Part shown: positions 21,856 to 31,779 of the stretch, in pieces
How the letters are laid out: each line of letters opens with the position of its first letter
How positions within the stretch are numbered: the first letter of the stretch is position 1
Source of the DNA: Octopus bimaculoides
Taxonomy: Eukaryota
NCBI RefSeq assembly: GCF_001194135.2
Contig: NC_069009.1
Location: forward strand, 5,076,224 to 5,109,892
DNA: 33,669 nt
Direction: 5' to 3'
Position numbers and translations under genes: made by a program
Notes under the pieces: model-generated
The model's input: the letters and a program-made list of their open reading frames with translations, nothing else
Database searches by the model: none
What the model was told of the DNA's origin: nothing

Positions 21856-22321
21856 CTGGGAAATGACGAGTAGCATAGATTGTGGTGGGGAATGTGGGGA
21901 TGGAAAACGAACAATAAAATGAAATTAAATGTAAAACAAAGCAAAACAAGCCAAAAAGAAATAGAAAAACAGCAATATAATATAATCCACGATGCCAAAA
22001 ATACTTAATATTTCGGGTTTTATGGATGGTATCAATCTTTTCGAGATTTTCTCCTTCAATTTTCAGTGCCATTTTTGGTTAATACCAGAGGGAAATCTTA
22101 AATACAACAATCGGCTGATATGAAGTATTTATTCAATTCTATTCTATTCTTAAGCGTTGTTAGTGTCCTTGTTGTTGTTATCATTGTAGTTATTGTTGTA
22201 ATTATCATCATTCTAATCATTATTATCATCATTATTATTATCGTTATTAGCAGAATTGTTAGCATGTTGAACGAAAGACATAGCATCATTCCAGCATATT
22301 TACATCCTGATTTCAAATTTC

Positions 22322-22470
22322 TCTAAGGTTGACTTTGCCTTTCATCCTTTCAGGGGTTGATAAAATAATAAAATATCACTTGAACACTGGGGTCAATATA
22401 TTCAACTAGCCTCTTCTCTACAAATTTCAGGCCTTGTGCCTATAGTGGAATGGATGATTATTACCATTAT
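22322..22470 (+). mobile_element. SINE family 2, 3' half
   Basis: aaggttgactttgcctttcatcctttcaggggttgataaaat...cactggggtcaatat...aaatttcaggccttgtgcctatagt...gattatt; central domain as in the reverse complement of 9930-9985. Confidence 0.75.
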
Positions 22471-22477
22471 TCTTAAG

Positions 22478-22756
22478 CACTAGCTTAAAAACCACACTCC
22501 ATATGGACTTTTAAGTTAGCTCCTGCAGTGGGCTAATTGTGCTTGCAGCCCCAAAACTAAAGAGAGCTAAATAGCATGATTATAATATGTCTATAATGAC
22601 TATATGCCATGGTGGTCTTTGATCAGAGATTAAGGATGGAGGAGAATTAATTCTGTAATGCAATCATTCTATTGTTCCAGTCCCAAGTTGAATTCCAACT
22701 GTTGGCCAATTTGTCCCAAAGTTCTAATCTCGATACAAAATTTAGGAAGCAAATGT
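22478..22756. repeat. Left arm of a long inverted repeat (~280 bp)
   Basis: Reverse complement of 24772-25049 along its whole length (e.g. ccagtcccaagttgaattccaactgttggccaatttgtcccaaagttct), roughly 85-90% identical by eye. Confidence 0.88.
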
Positions 22757-22909
22757 CATTTATTGGTCTCTAACATCATCTGACAAAAGCCAACCAAGAT
22801 GGTATGAATCAGTCTAGCTTTGCCTGCTAGAAATAGCAACCCAAATGCTTTGAAATCAGATCCCAATGCTGAATGTTCAAGAACCAAATGAAGGCCAGAT
22901 TTGTGTGTG

Positions 22910-23128
22910 TGAGGGTGCTGCAAAGTTCCTGACTTTAAGGTTGTCACAAAAGTCCTGGTTGGGGGCCCAAGCTTCTGAGTTCTTGTTACAGGGCTTAGAA
23001 AAACTGAAGGACCACTGTAATAAGTGTGTGAATCTCAGAGGGGAAAATATTGAATAAAATCATAATTGACTGATCCTCTTGTATTTTCTTTTACACAAAG
23101 CCAGGAACTTTTCACCACCCTCCTCATA
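22910..23128 (+). mobile_element. Mariner-derived MITE
   Basis: TIRs tgagggtgctgcaaagttcctgacttt and aaagccaggaacttttcaccaccctcctca|ta. The interior encodes the mariner transposase C-terminus GLEKLKDHCNKCVNLRGENIE*. Inserted at a TG/TA dinucleotide tract. Confidence 0.85.
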
Positions 23129-23439
23129 TATATNNNNNNNNNNNNNNNATATATATATATATATATATATACATACATATATACACACACATACCATGGC
23201 TTTGTCGGTAATCGGTAAACTCTGAAATCACATGCTTCTCGGTTCGTTTGTTTGAAACCTGCACCCGACAACATACTACTCTCACACACACATGTTCTAT
23301 GGTATCCTTTGATCAATCTTTAGTTAATCACGAATTAATTAATTTATGAACTAATTAGAGAAATGTCCAAATTATTGTCTTTTTTTTTTTTAAACATTGT
23401 ATCTTATTTTTTCAACTGTTTCTCATCTTTATCTCTTCT

Positions 23440-24282
23440 CGGAATTCTTTCTCTCCCCCCTCCCCTCCCTTCCTTTCTCTCCTGAAATCTCTCTTTCACT
23501 CTCTCTTTATCTATCTTTCTCTAACTCTGTCCTTCTGTATCTCTCTCCCTTACTCACACTGTCTCTCTAACCCTCTCCCTCTTTCTCTCTCTAACCCTCT
23601 CCCTCTTTCTCTCTCTCACACTAAGTTTCCCCCTTTCATTTTCTCTCCTTTTTTCTTTCCTCCTCTTTTCTTTTCTATTTCCTCCTCTTTCTCTCTCTCT
23701 CTCTCTCCAGCCCAGAGTTTCCAAATCTTTCTAATAGAAAAAAACTCAACTTTGTTTTCTCCTCATCTCTTACAGTCTCCATTTAAATCACTCCTTCTTT
23801 ATTTATCTCTCCATTTATCTCTCTCTCTCTCCCTCTGTCTATCAGTTTGTCTGTCTATCTATCCACTCATTTATCTATGAACTTATTTTTCTCTTTATCA
23901 GTTTGTGTATCTATGTCTTCCTGTCTGTCTAAGTCTCTCTATCTATGTCTACCTATTTGTCTGTCTCTACTTATTTGTGTGTCTATGTATTTGTTTATCT
24001 ATCTCTCTGTCTACTTATCTATCTATCTATCTATACTTATCTATCTATCTATCTATACTTATCTATCTATCTATCTATCTATCTATACTTATCTATCTAT
24101 CTATCTATACTTATCTATCTATCTATCTATCTATCTGTCTATCTATCTCTACTTTTTAATCTATCAAACTATCTATTTATCTCTACTTATTTGTGTGTCT
24201 ATGTATTTGTTTATCTATCTTTCTGTCTACTTATTTATCTATCTGTCTTTACTTATCTATCTATCTATCTATCTATCTATAC

Positions 24283-24324
<42 letters not shown>

Positions 24325-24400
24325 GTCTATCTATCTCTACTTTTTAATCTATCAAACTATCTATTTATCTCTACTTATTTGTCTATTAAACTATCTTAAT
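23440..24400. repeat. (CT)n-rich tract followed by a (TATC)n tract with a ~220-bp internal duplication
   Basis: ctctacttatttgtgtgtctatgtatttgtttatctatct recurs at ~23965 and ~24181; ctctactttttaatctatcaaactatc recurs at ~24147 and ~24335. Confidence 0.85.
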
Positions 24401-24401
24401 A

Positions 24402-24737
24402 ATAAGAGCGCTTAGAGAGCACAAACTTCCACCAAAGCAACACCAACATCCTCTCAATGATTAGCCAGAGATGATTTTTAAAATGAGAATATCTGAAATA
24501 AACTTGACTGATCTCACAAATGACAATAATAAAAATGAACCTGACCGCTAGGAAAAATAATCCAGAATCCTTGTCTGGTACTGGATCAATCCCCAAATCT
24601 AATCAGTTTGTGCCAGGCATCCCTGAAAGTTTCATCCAAATCCATCCAATGGTTCCTGAGATATCTTGTCCACGGACCAACAAACAAACAAACACGACTG
24701 AAAACAATATCTCTGCCTTCACTAAAGCGGAGGTAAT
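24402..24737 (+). mobile_element. Helentron-associated non-autonomous element (DINE-1/HINE-like)
   Basis: 5' aagagcgcttagagagcacaaacttccaccaa; internal cctgaaagtttcatccaaatccatcc..ggttcctgagatatc; (caaa)n microsatellite; 3' gaaaacaatatctctgccttcactaaagcggaggtaataa with subterminal inverted repeat (acttccacc/gcggaggt) and 3' hairpin. Confidence 0.65.
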
Positions 24738-24771
24738 AATAATAATAATAATAATCCTTTCTGCTATAGGT

Positions 24772-25049
24772 ACATTTGCTTCCTAAATTTTATGCCGAGA
24801 TAAGAACTTTGGGACAAATTGGCCAACAGTTGGAATTCAACTTGGGACTGGAACAACAGAATGATTGCATTACAGAATTAATTCTCATCCATCCTTAATC
24901 TCTGATCAAAGACCACCAGGGCATATAGTCATTATAGACTTATTATAGTCATGCTATTTAGCATTCTTTAGTTTGGGGCTGCTGGCCCAATTAGCCCTCC
25001 ACAGGAGCTAGCTTAAAAGTCTGTATGGAGTGTGGTTTTTGAGCTAGTG
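24772..25049. repeat. Right arm of the long inverted repeat
   Basis: Reverse complement of 22478-22756. Confidence 0.88.
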
Positions 25050-25050
25050 T

Positions 25051-25084
25051 TTCTTATTTCTTTATTGCCCACAAGGGGCTAAGA
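25051..25084 (-). mobile_element. Extremely 5'-truncated SINE family 2 (tail only) with an apparent TSD
   Basis: ttcttatttctttattgcccacaaggggctaa matches 9839-9868; flanked by ttttgagctagt and ttttaagctagt. Confidence 0.7.
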
Positions 25085-25139
25085 TTTTAAGCTAGTATGT
25101 AATAAAAGTTAATTTTAAACTTATAAGAAAAAAATTGAA

Positions 25140-25207
25140 AGATGGATGAAAATGTCACTAAGCATTTTGCCTGTTGTGTTTATGATTCTGTCAGGTCACC
25201 ACCTTAA
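25140..25207 (-). mobile_element. Decayed 5' end of SINE family 2
   Basis: gatgaaaatgtcactaagcattttgcctgttgtgtt...caccacctta vs gacgaaataccactaagcattttgcccggtgtgtt...gccgcctta at 10015-10066. Confidence 0.6.
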
Positions 25208-25544
25208 CAACAACAATTATGATGACAACCACCACAACAACATTCATAACTTACAACAACAAGAACAGTATCACCATCAACAGCAACAACAACAACAAAA
25301 GAAAAAGTGAAAGAGTGAACAGAATATGATCAAGTTTTAATATTTACAAAGATGCGTGTGTTTCTCGCACTGTCGTCACTCCTCAACCTATTCTGTTTTG
25401 TTTACATCCCCGTGATTTAACCATTTGGCAAGAGACTGGCAGAATACCACCAGCTATAGCAACAACATGCAACTCCACTACGACCACAACATGAAGTAAA
25501 AGAACAGCAACAAAGACAACAATAACAACAACAACTACAACACA

Positions 25545-26050
25545 TGGAGTAAAAGTATGAACTCAACATGGCAGAGTTTTAATTTAGATTAGACAAGTTT
25601 ACAGTTGATTACCGTAGATTGAAGAACAGATTGGAGTCTCCCTTCTTTTTTCTTGATGTTTGACCCTCAATTTCATGGTCATTGTTCACAGAATATCAAC
25701 GGCGTCTGACTTCAGCAAAGAAACGGTGTTTTAACATGGAAGATATCGTTTCCCCAGGTCTCCCGGTATCAAAGATGCTGGAAGAAGATAATGGCAGAAA
25801 CATGTGAAGAAGACACAAGTCACTACAGATGATTTCATAAGAAGACAGAACTTGATAGAGAGGAGGAACCATGACAGATGGATTAGAAGATAAAAAGAAT
25901 TTGACAGAAAAAAATACGTTAGAACATTTTTTATTTATTTATATTATTCATAATTATTCGCAGCTTTGATTTCTTTTCATTTTGCTTTTTGTGATTTTTT
26001 AATTTTCCAATCATAAAATAAAATTTACAACGTTTATAAAATAATTTCCA
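25545..26050 (+). pseudogene. Relic A of a probable octopus C2H2 zinc-finger gene 5' leader and N-terminus; no fingers visible
   Basis: Collinear, diverged paralogue of 27500-27930. Broken frame MAETCEEDT..DDFIRRQNLIERRNHDRWIRR*KEFDRKK...KFTTFIK*FPDM resembles, from memory, the pre-finger N-terminus of Octopus ZNF cluster proteins. Contains stops and a frameshift, and is cut by a SINE and a gap. Confidence 0.5.
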
Positions 26051-26051
26051 G

Positions 26052-26203
26052 ATATGGTAAGAAGTTTGCTCTGCAACTACATGGTTCCATGTTCAGTTCC
26101 ACAGCATAGTACCTTGGGCAAGTGTCTTTTACTGTAACACCGGCTGACCAGAACCTCATCATTGGATTTTGATAGACAGAAATTTTGAGGAAGCCTATTA
26201 TAT
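26052..26203 (+). mobile_element. Diverged SINE family 1, 5' half
   Basis: tggtaagaagtttgct...catggttccatgttcagttccac...ccttgggcaagtgtcttttact...ggattttgatagacagaaat. Confidence 0.8.
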
Positions 26204-27499
26204 NNNNNNNNNNNNNNNNNNNNNNNNNNNNNNNNNNNNNNNNNNNNNNNNNNNNNNNNNNNNNNNNNNNNNNNNNNNNNNNNNNNNNNNNNNNNNNNNN
26301 NNNNNNNNNNNNNNNNNNNNNNNNNNNNNNNNNNNNNNNNNNNNNNNNNNNNNNNNNNNNNNNNNNNNNNNNNNNNNNNNNNNNNNNNNNNNNNNNNNNN
26401 NNNNNNNNNNNNNNNNNNNNNNNNNNNNNNNNNNNNNNNNNNNNNNNNNNNNNNNNNNNNNNNNNNNNNNNNNNNNNNNNNNNNNNNNNNNNNNNNNNNN
26501 NNNNNNNNNNNNNNNNNNNNNNNNNNNNNNNNNNNNNNNNNNNNNNNNNNNNNNNNNNNNNNNNNNNNNNNNNNNNNNNNNNNNNNNNNNNNNNNNNNNN
26601 NNNNNNNNNNNNNNNNNNNNNNNNNNNNNNNNNNNNNNNNNNNNNNNNNNNNNNNNNNNNNNNNNNNNNNNNNNNNNNNNNNNNNNNNNNNNNNNNNNNN
26701 NNNNNNNNNNNNNNNNNNNNNNNNNNNNNNNNNNNNNNNNNNNNNNNNNNNNNNNNNNNNNNNNNNNNNNNNNNNNNNNNNNNNNNNNNNNNNNNNNNNN
26801 NNNNNNNNNNNNNNNNNNNNNNNNNNNNNNNNNNNNNNNNNNNNNNNNNNNNNNNNNNNNNNNNNNNNNNNNNNNNNNNNNNNNNNNNNNNNNNNNNNNN
26901 NNNNNNNNNNNNNNNNNNNNNNNNNNNNNNNNNNNNNNNNNNNNNNNNNNNNNNNNNNNNNNNNNNNNNNNNNNNNNNNNNNNNNNNNNNNNNNNNNNNN
27001 NNNNNNNNNNNNNNNNNNNNNNNNNNNNNNNNNNNNNNNNNNNNNNNNNNNNNNNNNNNNNNNNNNNNNNNNNNNNNNNNNNNNNNNNNNNNNNNNNNNN
27101 NNNNNNNNNNNNNNNNNNNNNNNNNNNNNNNNNNNNNNNNNNNNNNNNNNNNNNNNNNNNNNNNNNNNNNNNNNNNNNNNNGAAGAAATAAACAAAGAGA
27201 GAATGGAAAAAATGTGTTGCGTTCAGTGGTCCAACATGGCGAATATAAATATATATATATATATATATATAAGAAAAGGCTGAGTTCTATTTAATACTTT
27301 ACTTTGGTGGGGGGTTCCAAAGATTTCTAATAAAGATTCTTCATATCGAATTGGTAGCTTACTACCGTAAATATTAAAAAAAAAAAAATATGAAAATGTT
27401 ACGAGTATAAGGTGTTATGAGTATTTAAAGAACCCGTATCCTATAGAAACTCAACAAACAATGAAATACCACCAGCAGCAGCAGCAACAACTACACCGA

Positions 27500-27930
27500 A
27501 AATGAAAAGTGAAAGAGTGAAATCAAAATGGCGGATGAGTTTTAATTTAGATTAACAAAGATTATAGGTAATTACCATAGATTGACAAAGGATTAGCGGC
27601 TTTCTTTTTGTTGGTCTAATATTTGACCCTCAATTTCATGGTCATTGTTCACAGAACATTGATGACCTCACCAAAGAAACGATGCTTTAACATGGAAGAC
27701 ATCTTTTTTCCAGGTCTCCTGATATCAAAGACATTCAAAGAAGATAATGGCAGAGACATGCGAAGGAGACATACAACTCACTGAAAATGTCTTTGTAAGA
27801 AGACATTGCTTAACTGAGAGGAGAAACTATGACAGATTGATTAGGAGATATAAAGAATTTGACAGAGAAACGTTTAACTTTTAGATTAAATAACTACATT
27901 TATTTAATTACATTTTAATTTTTTTCCTTA
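27500..27930 (+). pseudogene. Relic B of the probable C2H2-ZNF gene leader
   Basis: YY1-like caaaatggcgg (27524-27534); donor ag|gtaatt (27568); acceptor ttgttcacag| (27654); short ORF 27747-27884 MAETCEGDIQLTENVFVRRHCLTERRNYDRLIRRYKEFDRETFNF*. No finger array follows. Confidence 0.5.
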
Positions 27931-28024
27931 ATTCTTTAGTTTCATTTTTTTGTCTTTGATAGCTTTTTATTTTTCGTGGTTTGTGTTGGAGGGGGTGGTT
28001 GCATGAAGCGGGGAAAAGGAAAGA

Positions 28025-28425
28025 GGAGTGGCTGTGTGGTAAGTAGCTTGCTTACCAACCACATGGTTCTGGGTTCAGTCCCACTGCGTGGCATCCTGGG
28101 CAAGTTTCTTTTACTATAGCCTCGGGCCGACCAAAGCCTTGTGAGTGGATTTGGTAGGCGGAAACTGAAAGAAGCCCATCGTATATATATATATATATAT
28201 GTATTTTTGTGTATATGTTTGTGTGTCTGTGTTTGCCCCCCAACATCACTTGACAACCAATGCTGGTGTGTTTACGTCCCCGTAACTTAGCGATTCGGCA
28301 AAAGAGACCGATAGAATAAGTACTTGGCTTACAAAGAATAAGTCCTGGGGTCGATTTGCTCGACTAAAGGCGGTGTTCCAGCATGGCCACAGTCAAATTA
28401 CTGAAACAGATAAAGAGTAAAAGAG
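28025..28425 (+). mobile_element. SINE family 1, near full length
   Basis: Head, internal (TA)n(TG)n, 3' half and taaaagag tail all present; close to 2260-2650. Confidence 0.93.
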
Positions 28426-29146
28426 AGAAGATATTTCTTTGAATTTTTTTTTTTTTTTTTCTCTTAGAACTCTTTAAAATTTCTTTTCTGAAATAAAAAC
28501 TTTTTTCATCATTTTTGGATTTGGTTTGCAAGATTACTAATGTGAATTATAAAGAAGTGATATCAAATCAGTGCGTGTTTTGTTATTGTTGATATAATGA
28601 CCTTCCCAAGACACAAGATAAAAGTTTTTATTTACCAACATATATTTAAAGGGAGAAAAAACTTTACGAGGAAAAATCCCAGAACCACCTCACTAAGGAA
28701 AGAAAGTAAAAGACAAAAGGGGAAGGAGGGGGTCAAGCAGCAAAAAGTTGAGGGTGAGTAACAAGTTGTATATCCCAGACCAAATGACTTGTTCCACTGC
28801 ACCTTGCAGACACAACTGCAATGGCGTTGCCAGCAACGAAAATTATATTTTATCACACTGTGTAAGATGATTTTTGTCCTTGGGTTGCAATTGTTATTTC
28901 CTATATGATTACTCCTAGAAAATATGAAAAATGGTTAATATTTCCTTTCAACTTTGGTTTTGTTACATATATTCAAAACTCAAAGAATTCCTCTCTGCAC
29001 GTGGCTATGATGCTCCCCCACTACTTCTACTTGTGATCAGAGATGCACATATGATCAGCCACTAAGAGACATGCTCAACTGGTTAAGGTCAAACAACTGA
29101 CAAGTAAATGAATAAAATATTCTTATGATTGTTCATAACTTAATTC

Positions 29147-29325
29147 TCTCCAGATCTGTAAACATTGATGAAGTTGACACAAGAACTGCAAAGGGAAGCT
29201 CAGCATTTGGGTGGCCATGTGAATCAGTATGGCAAAGGAAAGGCATTAGGCTGGCCACCAAGTTGTATGTATACCAAGAAGTTGTACTGCCTACACTACT
29301 TTATGCCGGCAAGACTTGGGCAATG
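29147..29325 (+). mobile_element. RTE/BovB-like LINE fragment (post-RT region)
   Basis: LSRSVNIDEVDTRTAKGSSAFGWPCESVWQRKGIRLATKLYVYQEVVLPTLLYAGKTW matches the RTE/BovB pattern LSR..IDDEV..RIAKAS.AFGRL...VW.R.GI...TKL.VY.AVVL..LLY..ETW. Confidence 0.8.
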
Positions 29326-30124
29326 AAACATGGACAGTGAATGTAGAGGACTACATGGGCATGTATAAGATGCATAATGATGTAAGGTAACATACATGGT
29401 AGAGACTACATATATAAGATGCGTGTTTAAGACATGCAATGATACTTAAATATGGACATCGAATGGAGAGAAGCATATGTTATTCAAGAATGTGTTGCAA
29501 TTATGTACAGCATTGAAATGTTAACTATGGATACAGAAAGCAATTTATGATGTGTGTAATATATTCAAATTATGTCTTGCAATGAAACATTAAGTCGGTT
29601 ATCATAGAGAATCATTTGAAATGCTTGAAAGAAAAGTGTGAAGTTGCATGTAAAACGAAACAAAGAGATCCATAAAGAGCGAAACCATTTTATTGTGCTT
29701 CTGCAAGAAATGATTCTTGCAAGATATTTATGTATTGAACTTAGGATGAACAAGGTGTGAAAATGAGACGAGAAGTACCACAGGAGTGAAAAGTGATGAG
29801 CAAGTTTGATATGAACACATCATAGTGTTTGAAAGAATTAAATGAAAGGGGTCATGCATGTCATGTGTAGAAGTGCCATCCGTATGATGAGCAGAATTTA
29901 TACGCTTAGTATATACACAAAGGTAAGGCACATATTATTATAAAGGATTTTGTTTAGCTAAGGAATATTAACTTAACAACTATGTATACTAATTTATAAA
30001 TACAAATCAAAACATAACTTATTAATATTCTATAAATCCAGATCTTACTAATAACGTTCTAATTAATAATCTCTATTAATTATAGGTCTATGTCTAATAA
30101 ACTATAATATATATATATATATAT

Positions 30125-30300
30125 ACAGTGAAACCAAACAAAGAAGAAGGAACAAGAATAAATAATAATGCAAGGACGTGGTACAAGTCACTCAGGAAAA
30201 GAAGGAAAGAGAATTTAATGTTTCGAGCAAAGCTCTTCTTCAGAAATAGAGGAAAGTCGGAGGAAGAAAATTGCCAACGATACACAGGTGGTCACATTTT
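30125..30300 (-). mobile_element. Probable Penelope-like element terminal fragment carrying a degenerate hammerhead motif (30213-30247)
   Basis: Minus strand attt ctgaaga a gagc-ttt-gctc gaaa ca tt aaat: CUGANGA, stem II, GAAA and a 4-bp stem I; the stem-III palindrome ACGU appears mutated to ACAU. Confidence 0.5.
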
Positions 30301-30316
30301 GAAAATGTATATATAT

Positions 30317-30729
30317 CAGGCACGTACCATCAGTAATTACTCAGGGTAGGCAGTTGGTGACATTTATGCAGTAAAAGACACAAAAAAAATAAGTGAAACA
30401 CAGGCACGTGACTGAGTTGTAGGCAGATTTACTTCTGCCTTTACAACACATAAAGAAAGCATTGTTGTAGGAATGTACGCAGCATGCGTACTACAGCAAT
30501 ACTATACGTAGCTTGAATACTGAGATTGAAAAGCAGGGGTGAATTATGCCCACATAATCTACAAAAAAAAAAATGAAACATTTTGCATTTTATGCAGAGT
30601 AATCAGACTAACCTTCATAATTTTATTGAATTAGGTGCGTATTTTGCCATGAGAGGAAAATGTTGCTATCGATCTATTTTATTCAGGGTAGGCATTGCAT
30701 ACCTTGCCTACCCAGGTGGCACATCCCTG
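30317..30729. mobile_element. Non-autonomous hAT-like DNA transposon
   Basis: Termini caggcacgtaccatc and ggtggcacatccctg (11/15 complementary); subterminal gggtaggca repeats at both ends; identical 8-bp flanks atatatat (30309-30316 and 30730-30737). Confidence 0.6.
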
Positions 30730-30934
30730 ATATATATATTGATATGTCCTGCATTATGATGACATAACTTTGTCGTGTGTGACTGGCCTGTACCTCTCCG
30801 ACTGACATTGCTTGCTGTGTCTGTCCACTATTTATCAGTAGTGGAACAGCCCACTTCTCACTTGGGGGCATCGACCACAACATATATTTATATATATATA
30901 TAGAAAGAGAGAGAGGGGGTGAGAGAGAGCGATG

Positions 30935-31305
30935 CAGGCATGGTTGTGTGGTAAGAAGCTTGCTTCCTACCATGTGGTTCCAGGTTCAGTCCCATTGTGT
31001 GACACCATGGGTAAGTGTCTTCTACAATAGCTTCAGGCTGACGAAAGCCATGTGAGTGAATTTGGTAAACAGAAACTGAAAGAAGCCGATTACATATATT
31101 TATATGTGTGTGCATGTCTTTTAGCTAGTTAGATAGATAGATAGATGATAGATAGATTAGCGGTTCGGTAAAAGAGACCGATAGAATAAGTACTAGGCAT
31201 CCAAAGAATAAGTCCTGGGGTCGATTTGCTCGACTAAAAGGCGGTGCTCCAGCATGGCCACAGTCAAATGACTGAAACAAGTAAAAGAGTAAAAGAGTAA
31301 AAGAG
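30935..31305 (+). mobile_element. SINE family 1 copy: 5' half 30935-31095, internal (TA/GATA) tract, partial 3' half 31158-31305
   Basis: ggcatggttgtgtggtaagaagcttgc...gaaactgaaagaagcc; ttagcggttcggtaaaagagaccgatagaataag...gtaaaagagtaaaagagtaaaagag. Confidence 0.88.
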
Positions 31306-31779
31306 ATAGATAGACAGATAGTGTGACACATAGTGAGAGAGAATGAGGAAGTGATTGATATAGATAGATAGATAGATAGATAGATAGATGAAGATAGATA
31401 GATAAATAGATAGATAGATAGATAGATAGATAGACTATTTCAAACATACGTACAGACACATGATTTTGCTGAATTGGAAGATGAAAGGGCCCATCATGCA
31501 GAACCTCATCCAGCAAATTTCTCCAGTCACCACCACCACCACCACCACCACCACCACCACTACCACAACCATCATCCACCACCATGAGAAGCAGAACTTA
31601 TCTTGTCACTCGCCACTGACCCATCCACACAATCCACACACATCAGTCATCATATCATTTTACCCTAAAGCCCAGCTCTCTGTTGGGTCACCTTGACATC
31701 AAAAGACAACGTAGCTGCAAGGTTTCAATGTTGCTAATATCATCAGTTCACTGTAGGAAATAAAAAGATTTCATTCTCT

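Noticed and set aside
28855-29110. Probable interspersed repeat fragment (also 22757-22900 and 18030-18300)
   Set aside because: It looks familiar as octopus repeat sequence, but there is no second copy, terminus or coding motif in the window to support a call.
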